A program made the position numbers and the translations under genes. Below the pieces are notes generated by a model. That model saw only the letters and a program-made list of their open reading frames with translations, was not told where the DNA came from and ran no database searches. From an uncultured Candidatus Poseidoniales archaeon (GTDB taxonomy: Archaea > Thermoplasmatota > Poseidoniia > Poseidoniales > CAYMED01), in NCBI GenBank assembly GCA_964389655.1, contig CAYMED010000006.1:29896-93895 (forward strand): a DNA stretch of 64,000 nt. The letters are read 5' to 3'. This document shows, piece after piece, positions 48,501 through 56,872 of the stretch (the first letter of the stretch is position 1; every line of letters begins with the position of its first letter).

Positions 48501-50505
48501 AGTATTGGCTTCAACTGAAATCGGAAGTAGAACTATTTTGCAATTCTCACTGCCGGCACTACGTGAAGGCGCAGTAGATATTTTGATCGAGGCAATATCT
48601 GAACGAGAAGGCCATAGAATTGCGAGACCTACTAGCATTGAGGAATATCAATGGACAATCTATGTTGACGCACCCCCCGAAGAACCCTCTTTGAACTGTC
48701 AGAGCCTAACCCTACTGGCGGGAGAGGCAACGACTTGCGAAGTTTGGGCAAGTGATGAACTTGGATTAGAGTCCGCCTATCTTATTTGGTGGCCAAGAAC
48801 ATCCCAAAGCACACCCACAAGGAGCAATGCGAGCTGGATCAATGGAATGCTAATTATTGAAGTAAATACGTCAAAAGAAATTCAACTGGGCCACATAGAT
48901 GGGCAACTTACAGTTTTTGATTTGGCTGGGCACAGAAATGAGACTGGTATTGCATCTCTAATAGAAATTGTTGATGCGCCTGCACGATGGTTTGGCCCCC
49001 ATCTCGAAGGGTATGACCGAGATAACTGGGATGGAATGGGCCCACCAGAATCGGGTGGACCAATTCCTCTTACATCAGGATCAATTTACAATACCTCGGT
49101 TTGTATTTATGATGCAGATGGACTTGGATCAATCCAACCACCTTTCATCGAAATTGGCAATGAGCAATGGGGAACTGAGATTATTGAAAATGAAAATCCT
49201 TTTTTGGATTGTTATCGAACAAAGATTGACTTAATCGGGATTTCTCCAAGAGAAATTCTAGTCAAAGTTGTTTCAAAAGAGGGAATCATATTTGCTAGTC
49301 GCACCTTATCAATCATTGATAGACCAGCCTGGATCAACACAGATGTTGTTGGTACAAATGGAGAATCTACGGCAAAAATAGAATTCAAAAATGAAATGAT
49401 AAGGATAGAGGTAGGAGATCAAGATGGGACCTTACTCAGTGGAGATGCCGTAATCAAAATTACTTGGCCAACTGGCGAAGTTGAGGTGTTCTCAGCTAAA
49501 GTAGATTCAAGCAGAAGACACGACATTCCAATTCCAATTCCAAAATCTGGTTTGCGCTCCGGTGATGTAGTCATAGAAATTGATGTTGCACTGATGGATG
49601 GAACGATATTAGAAAGCAAAGAAGATGTTACTTTGTCATTACGACGACCAATTATCCATTTCATATCAATATGCCAAGATGGTGAAGAAGTTGAGTTGAT
49701 TAATGTAGAACGAAATTACATCATTATTTCAGAAATTCTATCATCTAGGCCCATAGAAAAAACAATGATCCATTTGTCAAGTCTGGGTGAAGTTGTTGGA
49801 ACAGGACCCAATAGCCAAGAAGCCCTAGATTGTGTAAATAACAGCAGTGCAGAAATGTGGTCTTATAGAATCCCTGCCGGCCTCCCATTGCTTGAAGATT
49901 TGAAAACGCAAGAGTTAGAGATTGAAGCAATTGATGTAGATCAGCGGAGGGGAAAACTATCCATTGAGATCGGAATTGGTGACTTTTCCCCTATCAACAT
50001 CGAGTTGATTAGTTCAAAACAAAATATTGGTTCTAAGACATTTTTACATGTTGAAATATATGTCGGTCTAGACCTGCCGGATAATGACTCATGCCAATAT
50101 GACATTATCAAAAACAATAGCATAGAGCATAATGACACACTCATCATTAATGATGAAGGAAAGTCATCCATTGATTATTTACTCATTCAATCAGATAACG
50201 AGATTTACATCTCAGTTTATTGCAAAAAAAATGGACGGGTTGGTCTGCAAACAATTGGTCCGTTTGCTGATGATGCGGAGGAAAGGGACAAAAGTGAGGT
50301 AAAAGAAAAGGATGTATCTATTCTTTTGGGGAAGGAAAGAACTAGGATCGTGATCGTTGGCTCTTCAGTATTATTGATAATCTCATGTATTTCGATCCTT
50401 TGGATGATTAGAGGGTCAAGAAATAAGGTTTCACCTTGGCCTAACGAAAATTTGGATGATGACTTGTACGCAGCCGACATCCTTTTTGGAACAGATAAAA
50501 CCTAA
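45505..50505 (+). CDS. TIGR03790-family surface protein with inserted CBM-like, PA14 and LamG domains; C-terminal TM anchor
   Basis: LVNNQS..S.EIA..F...R.I, YLVTTKGIPLRV, SFDSE, YLVSRL, SWGSND ... GYVYEPY, LSWM..VIGDP; PA14 TDDGSELWVD/EFFQGGG; LamG WVHLVTV/FEGMIDEV. Confidence 0.85.
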   Translation: MECGQPKRRVLLLLLLFIVIPSQTSASDLQESNEQGHGQDYWNLTSEPVLGESQMQSNLVNYSDVAILVNNQSPTSREIAAAFITARNISSDRVFRFTALETPSSETISLGQFETYYLEPLEQMLGDRNLTMEINYLVTTKGIPLRVNGGTNARSSFDSEIGLAGTSWRTAIGQDYWIDHNYGPLAGEEWKPFTRAEQGFYLVSRLTAYDRETAMALIDKASNSLGQRGTAVLDLATNRNDSGYKSWNDMLYAADNALSSEHGIPVFFNQNETFETNHSDVMMYASWGSNDGAWNKNWLPNSGFDIIDAGYSSGVKYWNASSPPISLNESFKWAHQDTKKYNGNGAMEASLSASCSQKRGIGTQGILAEYFDNEGLIFNTGSMPSLIERAPDYVRLESDLAYGSSSSSYPGLDDRFKNDWGGRFSGLINIPESGNWTFYLRTDDGSELWVDDLSIVTNYGSHGMVEKTGSISLNAGLHDFRIEFFQGGGPHGLQFSWEGPNHPKTYVPSSAFYVSGDYIPSKDTLRHRWSFEDGGGSEANDSSSNNASLILKNMDTSNWKNCVDGGCLWFDGTNDYAEVEIDDWTGNFTVSQWVWANASIQPDYASTFASSNNAGSNTSFQHAIYGGEWQLQNHHSGGFGMVQPEQWVHLVTVFNQGTVHQYLDGIRVNTTTYPTNSFNTFELYKIGVNRGGSVHFEGMIDEVIVWESALSAGEVTALHRAIYKECFSYSTSGQKVAYIEQLYPIPADLKDHVWVTYAHGAREGAIYGSFTIEVKGLDQYGNIISTNESSKRTLKESWGTSVMRFRPHENAVNLRIRVHLDIAPNSINGSYFIDNVVLRAIQPHMNWVNGSIAETAVSTGGRSFVWGTSYGQSLIADLLEDGVSSAKGYVYEPYIGAIGHPDQLFSAYSMGLGAAESHYAANRMLSWMGTVIGDPKMAPYLDRIEDLRIIDGRNLDYISTESGGIVEILIENHGLGSWKGNITVLDRIENQVLDSTQVEVLASTEIGSRTILQFSLPALREGAVDILIEAISEREGHRIARPTSIEEYQWTIYVDAPPEEPSLNCQSLTLLAGEATTCEVWASDELGLESAYLIWWPRTSQSTPTRSNASWINGMLIIEVNTSKEIQLGHIDGQLTVFDLAGHRNETGIASLIEIVDAPARWFGPHLEGYDRDNWDGMGPPESGGPIPLTSGSIYNTSVCIYDADGLGSIQPPFIEIGNEQWGTEIIENENPFLDCYRTKIDLIGISPREILVKVVSKEGIIFASRTLSIIDRPAWINTDVVGTNGESTAKIEFKNEMIRIEVGDQDGTLLSGDAVIKITWPTGEVEVFSAKVDSSRRHDIPIPIPKSGLRSGDVVIEIDVALMDGTILESKEDVTLSLRRPIIHFISICQDGEEVELINVERNYIIISEILSSRPIEKTMIHLSSLGEVVGTGPNSQEALDCVNNSSAEMWSYRIPAGLPLLEDLKTQELEIEAIDVDQRRGKLSIEIGIGDFSPINIELISSKQNIGSKTFLHVEIYVGLDLPDNDSCQYDIIKNNSIEHNDTLIINDEGKSSIDYLLIQSDNEIYISVYCKKNGRVGLQTIGPFADDAEERDKSEVKEKDVSILLGKERTRIVIVGSSVLLIISCISILWMIRGSRNKVSPWPNENLDDDLYAADILFGTDKT

Positions 50506-50530
50506 TCCGCAGAGCCCCTGCGCATCTCCA

Positions 50531-50764
50531 ATGGCTGTTGGCTATGTATTGATCAATGTCGAACCGGGAACTGAATTCTCAGTTCATTCAACCGCGAGTA
50601 ACATGGATGGAATCGAAGATGCCACACTGTTGTTCGGCGAATATGATATTTTAGTGAAGATTATCGCAGAACAATTACATGATATTGCAGCACTTGTTGT
50701 GGAGCAAATAAGGCAGATACCTGGGGTAACCAATACAAAAACTCTAGCTGGCGCTGAATACTAA
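50531..50764 (+). CDS. Stand-alone Lrp/AsnC ligand-binding (RAM) domain protein
   Basis: MAVGYVLINVEPG..FGEYDILVKI..IRQIPGVTNTKTL; no HTH. Confidence 0.9.
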   Translation: MAVGYVLINVEPGTEFSVHSTASNMDGIEDATLLFGEYDILVKIIAEQLHDIAALVVEQIRQIPGVTNTKTLAGAEY

Positions 50765-50778
50765 CCGCATTCGCATGA

Positions 50779-50811
50779 GCGTAGTACAATGGATTGCAGT
50801 ACGCCTTTTTT
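50779..50811 (+). terminator. Imperfect hairpin followed by T6 (possible terminator of the Lrp-domain gene)
   Basis: GCGTAgtaCAAT..ATTGcagTACGC then cTTTTTT, 15 nt after the stop. Confidence 0.35.
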
Positions 50812-50819
50812 GAAGGAAA

Positions 50820-50844
50820 AATATAAGTAATATTGTTTTATATT
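50820..50844 (+). promoter_or_regulatory. AT-rich promoter of the MC1 gene, with TATA box in an inverted repeat
   Basis: TTTTATAT about 22-29 nt before ATG 50865; AATATAA-N11-TTATATT palindrome; GAGGT SD-like sequence before the start. Confidence 0.5.
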
Positions 50845-50864
50845 ATCTGATTGAGGTTAAAAAT

Positions 50865-51134
50865 ATGGCTAAGCCAAAGAAGAATTTCGTCCTATTAGAC
50901 GCAAACAATGGAGACACAAATCATGTGTTCAAATCTGCCCAACCACGTGGTGCTGCGCTAAAAGCAGCAAACCAGGGAAATAAGAGCATTCGCCTGCGCG
51001 AACGTGGAACAAATAGAGTCCATGTGTTTAATGGTTGGACTCAAATGGTCGACAAGCCCGCAAACGGGCCTGCTTGGTTACCAGACAGAATCAAGAAGGC
51101 AAATGTCAAGAAAATTGGCGTTGAAAGAATCTAG
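50865..51134 (+). CDS. Non-histone chromosomal protein MC1
   Basis: FVL.D..G...HVF...QPR.AALKAA..G..IRLRERGT.RVHVF.GW....KP...P.WLP..I.K.NVKK.G. Confidence 0.95.
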   Translation: MAKPKKNFVLLDANNGDTNHVFKSAQPRGAALKAANQGNKSIRLRERGTNRVHVFNGWTQMVDKPANGPAWLPDRIKKANVKKIGVERI

Positions 51135-51179
51135 ATATCAGCCGAAGATGCCTAGAAAATTCAAAGTCGAATGCCGTCA

Positions 51180-51929
51180 TCATGCATTTCCACGAATTTT
51201 GTCCCATAACATCATTAGTGGATCATAGTGCTTTGAAATAACCCTCTCCTTGAGAGGAATTATCGCATTATCGGTGATATTTATTCCCGCTGGACATACG
51301 TCTGTGCAACATTTTGTGATGTTACAATACCCAATCCCAAAAAGATCCTTGGTATCAGATATCCGACCCCCAAGATCCATTGGATGCATTTCAAAATTCG
51401 CAATTCGGACAAAAGTCCTAGGACCTCCAAATTCTTCAAATTTATTGTATTCTCGCAGAACATGGCAGGTGTTTTGGCAAATGAAACATTCAATACAAGT
51501 TCGAAACTCTTGAGGACGAGCTGCCTCAAATTGCTGGAATTTCCAATCAAATTTATTAGGGCCTTGAATCGGTTTGACTTTCTCTGCCATTTCATAATTC
51601 CACGACACATCACAAACAAGATCTTTGATGTGAGGAAAAGCTCTCAATGGCCGCACTTCAATTGGTCTTTCAGAGGACATTTCACTTTCTAAATCAGACA
51701 TTCTAGTCATGCACATTAATCGTGGCTTTCCATTAATTTCAGCGCTACAGGAACCACATTTCCCAGCCTTGCAATTCCATCGGCTGGAAAGGTCTGGCTC
51801 TTGTTTATACTGCACTTGGTGAATACAATCAAGCAAGACCATCCCCTCATCTAGTTCCAAATTGTATTCAACAAGTTCACCAATTCCAAATTCTCCTCGA
51901 AAAATTCGAAGGGTGATGAGGTCTTTCAT
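51180..51929 (-). CDS. sdhB: Succinate dehydrogenase/fumarate reductase iron-sulfur subunit (actinobacterial Sdh1 type)
   Basis: RWNCKAGKCGSCSAEING.PRLMC, CIECFICQNTC, CNITKCCTDVCP. Confidence 0.95.
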   Translation of the reverse strand: MKDLITLRIFRGEFGIGELVEYNLELDEGMVLLDCIHQVQYKQEPDLSSRWNCKAGKCGSCSAEINGKPRLMCMTRMSDLESEMSSERPIEVRPLRAFPHIKDLVCDVSWNYEMAEKVKPIQGPNKFDWKFQQFEAARPQEFRTCIECFICQNTCHVLREYNKFEEFGGPRTFVRIANFEMHPMDLGGRISDTKDLFGIGYCNITKCCTDVCPAGINITDNAIIPLKERVISKHYDPLMMLWDKIRGNA

Positions 51930-51932
51930 GCT

Positions 51933-53756
51933 TCATTCCTCCTCCAGAAAACGGTCAAGAAGTTTTTCAAGTTCATGTGGGGGTTGCTGCAATTCTTCTT
52001 GCCGAATTTTCATCTCACCATTAATCATCCAAATGACATTTGTTGTATGGCTCCACATACCCGCATCAGGGACTGGGTAATCTAAGCGCGTGTGGCCACC
52101 CCGGCTCTCAGTCCTAGCATTAGCAGCAAGCGTACAAGCACGTGATATGTCGATCATATTATACAAGTCAAGTGATTGATGCCAGCCTGAATTATATGCC
52201 CTAGTCGACCCTGGGGATGCTTTTTTGATGCGCTCTGAAAATGAATCTAATTCAATTAAGGCCTCATCTAACTGTTTTCCCTCACGAATGATTCCTACTT
52301 TCTGTTGCATCATTTCACGTAATTCAGTGTAAATTTTGCCTGGGTTTTCGCCATTTTCCCGTGAAAGTGGTTCAAGCATGTTTGAAATTGAATTTGAAAT
52401 TTCAACATCATTTAGAGTTGGTTGAGGATGACCTTCTGCACGCTTGGCTGCATGCTCACCAGCCCGCTTTCCAAAGACAACTAAATCCGATAGAGAATTG
52501 CCACCGAGCCTGTTTGCACCATGGAGCCCACTTGCAACTTCTCCAGCCGCATAAAGCCCTGATATTGTTGATTCCTGTGTGTCTGCATTTACTCGAACAC
52601 CACCCATCACATAATGCGCTGTTGGACCAACTTCCATTGGCTCTTTTGTGATGTCTACGCCTGCAAGTTCCTTGAATTGGTGATGCATGCTGGGTAATTT
52701 CGCAATGATCTCTGCTTCGCTTCGCTGACTGGCAATATCAAGAAATGCGCCGCCATGAGGAGACCCTCGGCCTTCTTCCACTTCTTTATTGATTGCTTTG
52801 GCAACTACATCTCGAGTAAGTAATTCTGGAGGGCGGCGTGCTGTGGATTTTTCCCCTGCAACAACTTGGCGGACCCATTCTGCTGCCTCATCCTCTGTTT
52901 CAGCATGATCTCCTTGGAACATCTCAGGCACATTATCAAACATGAATCGTCTGCCTTCACTATTCTTCAATACTCCACCTTCACCCCTAACGCCTTCCGT
53001 AACCAAAATGCCACGCACACTTGGAGGCCAAACCATTCCAGTTGGGTGAAATTGAACAAATTCCATATCGATAAGTTCTGCACCTGCCCATAGTGCAAGA
53101 GCATGTCCATCCCCTGTATATTCCCAAGAACCAGAACAAACAGACCAACATCTTGTGATCCCACCTGTCGCAAGAATTGTCGATTTTGCGCTAAATGTGT
53201 GAATAGACCCATCAACACGCGCATAGGCAATACAACCAATGCATGTTCCATTATCATCTGTAAATAACTCTCTCACCGTGAATTCCATGTGTATGTCTAT
53301 ACCTGAATGAATCCCTTTTTCTTGTAATGTTCGAATAATTTCAAGCCCTGTTGAATCCCCAACATGTGCTAATCTAGGGTAAGTGTGTCCTCCAAAATTG
53401 CGTTGGTTGATAAGACCATTTTTTGTTCGGTCGAATACCGCCCCCCATTGTTCAAGTTCTCGAATCCGGTCAGCGGATTCTTGTGCATGAATTTGTGCCA
53501 TCCGCCAATTATTGAGATATTTTCCCCCCTTCATTGTATCTTTAAAATGAGTTTCCCACTTGTCCCTATCATCCGCATTTGCTAATGCTGCTGCAGCGCC
53601 ACCTTCTGCCATTACTGTATGCGCTTTTCCTAAAAGGGACTTGCAAATGATCGCTGTATGTGCACCTTCACGACTTGCTTCAATCGCTGCCCTCAATCCA
53701 GCCCCACCTGCTCCGATTACTACAACATCATATTCATGATGGGTCCAATCGTCCAT
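51933..53756 (-). CDS. sdhA: Succinate dehydrogenase/fumarate reductase flavoprotein subunit
   Basis: GAGGAG, KAHTVMAEGG (covalent FAD His), QFHPTG, EGVRGEGG, RD, HYVMGG, HGANRLGGNSL, ESRGGH. Confidence 0.97.
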   Translation of the reverse strand: MDDWTHHEYDVVVIGAGGAGLRAAIEASREGAHTAIICKSLLGKAHTVMAEGGAAAALANADDRDKWETHFKDTMKGGKYLNNWRMAQIHAQESADRIRELEQWGAVFDRTKNGLINQRNFGGHTYPRLAHVGDSTGLEIIRTLQEKGIHSGIDIHMEFTVRELFTDDNGTCIGCIAYARVDGSIHTFSAKSTILATGGITRCWSVCSGSWEYTGDGHALALWAGAELIDMEFVQFHPTGMVWPPSVRGILVTEGVRGEGGVLKNSEGRRFMFDNVPEMFQGDHAETEDEAAEWVRQVVAGEKSTARRPPELLTRDVVAKAINKEVEEGRGSPHGGAFLDIASQRSEAEIIAKLPSMHHQFKELAGVDITKEPMEVGPTAHYVMGGVRVNADTQESTISGLYAAGEVASGLHGANRLGGNSLSDLVVFGKRAGEHAAKRAEGHPQPTLNDVEISNSISNMLEPLSRENGENPGKIYTELREMMQQKVGIIREGKQLDEALIELDSFSERIKKASPGSTRAYNSGWHQSLDLYNMIDISRACTLAANARTESRGGHTRLDYPVPDAGMWSHTTNVIWMINGEMKIRQEELQQPPHELEKLLDRFLEEE

Positions 53757-54623
53757 TCAGATTCCTCCCAGCAGCACGAAATCTTGCCAGCCATATGATG
53801 TGCACATCAAAACATAAAAATCGCTGAACATGACCCAAATGAGAGAACCCCATGCAAAAGCCATGTGCTTCTTATTCAATTTACTACAACCCTTCCAACA
53901 TGCTTCTTGAACGCGCCCCGCAGTTCCACGAAATCGGTTTTTTCTCCCACCAATCATATGTCTGAATGAATGACATCCAAAAGTATAGCCACCCAACAAC
54001 AGCACATTGATCAATAGCACAAGAGTTCCCACTGATATTCCATAACTGTGGTGGGTACCGTCATGAAACTGCATTGAATAGTATACATCTAAAGATAAAA
54101 CAACTAGATATACAACTGCAAGGTACATGAAATATCGATGCATGTTTTGGAAAATAAATAGTCGCCTTTCACCATTGTAATCCCCAAAAGGAGTGCTTAC
54201 GGCACAAGCGGGGGGACTAGTAAAAAAAGATCGGTAGTAGGCTTTACGATAATAGTAACAAGTCATCCGAAATCCCGCTGGAATCGCCAAGATAAACATG
54301 GCGGGAGAAACCCAATACAATGATTCTGGCACGAATGTTCCAAGTCCCGATTCACCTGGAATAATCAAGGGGCTAAACAAAGGAGAGAGAACGTGACTTC
54401 CCTCACTTTCAATTGCCATTGTACCTGCAGTACCGCCTTGACCTCCTGAAAGACCAAAATCCGAAAATATCCAAAAGTTGGCCTCCACAAGGCCCCTCCA
54501 ACTAGCATACAATATTGCTGCACTAAGACCGAGAAATGTAGCAAGTGGACCTTTCCACCATTGATCTATTCGATCGGTTTTTCCAAATCCTCGCAACATG
54601 GGGAGGCGAATCAAGTCTGCCAT
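53757..54623 (-). CDS. Succinate dehydrogenase membrane anchor, Rv0249c/Sdh1C type
   Basis: LSPLFSP, GFRMTCYYYRKAYYRSF..SPPACAV, FQNMHRYF, YTFGCHSFRH, LNKKHMAFAW.SL; abuts sdhA. Confidence 0.88.
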   Translation of the reverse strand: MADLIRLPMLRGFGKTDRIDQWWKGPLATFLGLSAAILYASWRGLVEANFWIFSDFGLSGGQGGTAGTMAIESEGSHVLSPLFSPLIIPGESGLGTFVPESLYWVSPAMFILAIPAGFRMTCYYYRKAYYRSFFTSPPACAVSTPFGDYNGERRLFIFQNMHRYFMYLAVVYLVVLSLDVYYSMQFHDGTHHSYGISVGTLVLLINVLLLGGYTFGCHSFRHMIGGRKNRFRGTAGRVQEACWKGCSKLNKKHMAFAWGSLIWVMFSDFYVLMCTSYGWQDFVLLGGI

Positions 54624-54718
54624 TTTATTACACGCACCACGCCTATGCCCAACAACAGATGAATGGGAACAAAGATGCCGAGACCAATGGGAGGCTTAGA
54701 TATTAGCCCCAACAACAT

Positions 54719-56125
54719 CTATTGATTCGATTCGAAAAGAGTTCGCCTATGAATCGAAGAATGATCTGCAACAGTACCTACAAATTCTGCAATTGTACCT
54801 GCAATTGGGACTTCTGCTGAAACTGGAAGGCGAACTGCAACGGGGAGATTCGTCCCTTCCAAATTTCCGACCACAGTTGTTCCATTTCGAAAGTGTTCGG
54901 CTAAGCCAAGCCCCCTAGTTCGTTCAATACTAATTACTTGTAAACGGAAAGCATAAGATACGCCACTATTTTCTGAGATTATGGCCTCCCGCTCACTAGA
55001 TAAGTGTGCAGAGGACAAAAGATTAATTTTCTCAATTACGGGATTCATGTCAAAAGAAGAGGGGGAGGGTTCTTCAATAGCCTCATGGTCATCACCATTA
55101 CCTTGATCGTCTACTTCTGCTGATTCAGGAAGGGAAGTTGAATCTATCACTGGAAATTCAACAGGTGCGCTTTCATTCAGTGATGTTGCTGAAATACCAG
55201 CTAGAGAAGGTATCGAACTATCAGTCAAAATTGGTTTTGAAGCAATCGCAGAGCCTGAAAATCCTGTTGAGACAAGAAGGCTAATTCCTATAAAACAGAT
55301 TAATGGACTGAAACAGCAAATCGTTGCAATACCCCCGCCTAAAAGGCCGGGATCGGGAGAGCCACCGTGTGCGCGCAAAAGTACAGCGCCCGAACCACTG
55401 TATGAAACCGTAGCAAAGGGACCATCGATCTGTAGGGTCCCAATGTAGTCGCCAGAAGCGAAAGGTACGCTACCACATGCTAAAGTTCGTTCTGTTCCGC
55501 AGTTGAGAAATACAGCATCTGTTTCAGACCCAGGATTCACCAAAATTTGAGCAGTGGGGTCATCTATGGCCATAACCATCCAATAAGTAGACCAACCACT
55601 GGGTGAATCTATGCGTGAATCATTACCTGATTCAAGAAGAACAGATGCTTGAACAGTGGATACATGATGCCAATCCCGGCCAATTTCACCAGTAATCCCT
55701 GTTGCAATCCAAGCGCCAGTATCTAGGGCAGTAATGTTTACGTGGTTTTGATTTGCTAAAGCAGCTAATGTATAAACCACCCCATTTGAAGATATATTTG
55801 ATCCCTGTAACTCAATTGGAATCGGGAGGTTTAGTACTTGGTCGTGTTCGTTAATGTAGTCAGTGAGCTCAACAGTTCCATTTTCATAATCTGCAACCCA
55901 AATTCCGATTGTATCATAGTACTCTATGTCAATTCCAGTTTTGATCGTGGGGCCCCCAGATATTGAAATCGTTTGACCTGACTCTCCGAGAAGGGATACT
56001 TTCTGGGGTTCAGTGGGTGAAGAAAATGTATCTGCAACCCCAAAGCCAATCGATATCCCTCCTAATATAAACACGATTGCAGCGATTCCAATTAGGCCTG
56101 CGCCTAAGCCTTGGCGAGGAAGCAT
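54719..56125 (-). CDS. Membrane protein: extracellular beta domain, Cys-containing TM, acidic linker, C-terminal OB-fold-like domain
   Basis: 468-aa ORF with an N-terminal hydrophobic segment and a second TM (ICCFSPLICFIG). Confidence 0.75.
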   Translation of the reverse strand: MLPRQGLGAGLIGIAAIVFILGGISIGFGVADTFSSPTEPQKVSLLGESGQTISISGGPTIKTGIDIEYYDTIGIWVADYENGTVELTDYINEHDQVLNLPIPIELQGSNISSNGVVYTLAALANQNHVNITALDTGAWIATGITGEIGRDWHHVSTVQASVLLESGNDSRIDSPSGWSTYWMVMAIDDPTAQILVNPGSETDAVFLNCGTERTLACGSVPFASGDYIGTLQIDGPFATVSYSGSGAVLLRAHGGSPDPGLLGGGIATICCFSPLICFIGISLLVSTGFSGSAIASKPILTDSSIPSLAGISATSLNESAPVEFPVIDSTSLPESAEVDDQGNGDDHEAIEEPSPSSFDMNPVIEKINLLSSAHLSSEREAIISENSGVSYAFRLQVISIERTRGLGLAEHFRNGTTVVGNLEGTNLPVAVRLPVSAEVPIAGTIAEFVGTVADHSSIHRRTLFESNQ

Positions 56126-56177
56126 ACCTAAGTGCTGAAACAGGTGTTTGATCAGCCTTCCGACTCAAAAGGTCAAT

Positions 56178-56363
56178 CTAAGAATTCTTTTTCTTCAGCC
56201 GCTTCAAAATTTTTTTCGGACCACGCCATTCACGGGCAGGAGATACACTTTGCCCACTGTGACCAACAATTGGGCAGAATTTTCCAGATCGACAGCGACT
56301 GCAATTCTCAACGGGCGGAAGTTCGACGTTTTTGCGTAAACGCCCATACTTCCGTCGTGGCAT
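56178..56363 (-). CDS. Small very basic CCCH zinc-finger protein
   Basis: 61 aa, MPRRKYGRLRK...CSRC.....C....H...KKILKRLKKKNS; fills the gap between neighbours on the same strand. Confidence 0.6.
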   Translation of the reverse strand: MPRRKYGRLRKNVELPPVENCSRCRSGKFCPIVGHSGQSVSPAREWRGPKKILKRLKKKNS

Positions 56364-56404
56364 GTTGACTGATATAGGAGGGAGGTCCATCAACGCTCTC
56401 ATTG

Positions 56405-56806
56405 TTATCGAAGAAATTCTCGTACCCATTTATACTCTTCATGTGAGGATGCGTTTTCACCGGCTTCCCAACGGGTTCGAAACTCTGCTTTCCTTTTCAT
56501 CTCTGATCCTTTTCCTGTTTTCGAGGAAATCCCGCCACTCATGATCGAGCTACGTTCTTTTGAAGAGCCATGGTGGCGCGGTGCTGTATCTGGTTCCAAA
56601 TGTGATGTCTCTGGGCCCACGATCTCGGTCGCTGATGCATGTATTTTCGCAGCATCAGAGGTGCGTAGCCCCGCCCTACTAACCAACTGATCAACCGATG
56701 CACGTGCCACTAATTTTGGATTTTTGAAACCAGCAGAAGAAAGTGCTTTTGCCTTCGCCGGCCCTACTCCTGAAATATCTGTCAATTCATTCTTGCCTGT
56801 CGACAT
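56405..56806 (-). CDS. Helix-hairpin-helix (HHH_5-like) domain protein
   Basis: LTDISGVGPAKAKAL..AGF....VARASVDQL...GL....A.KI. Confidence 0.8.
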   Translation of the reverse strand: MSTGKNELTDISGVGPAKAKALSSAGFKNPKLVARASVDQLVSRAGLRTSDAAKIHASATEIVGPETSHLEPDTAPRHHGSSKERSSIMSGGISSKTGKGSEMKRKAEFRTRWEAGENASSHEEYKWVREFLR

Positions 56807-56872
56807 ACTCTCACCGCTTAGCGCGATGCGCTACTTGGATATCAATAGTCCGCCCGTAAACGATGGGATCTC

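Noticed and set aside
50816-50844. dif-like XerA site (ATAA-N6-TTxT)
   Set aside because: The right arm lacks TTAT and symmetry is poor with a 6-bp spacer; better explained as the MC1 promoter
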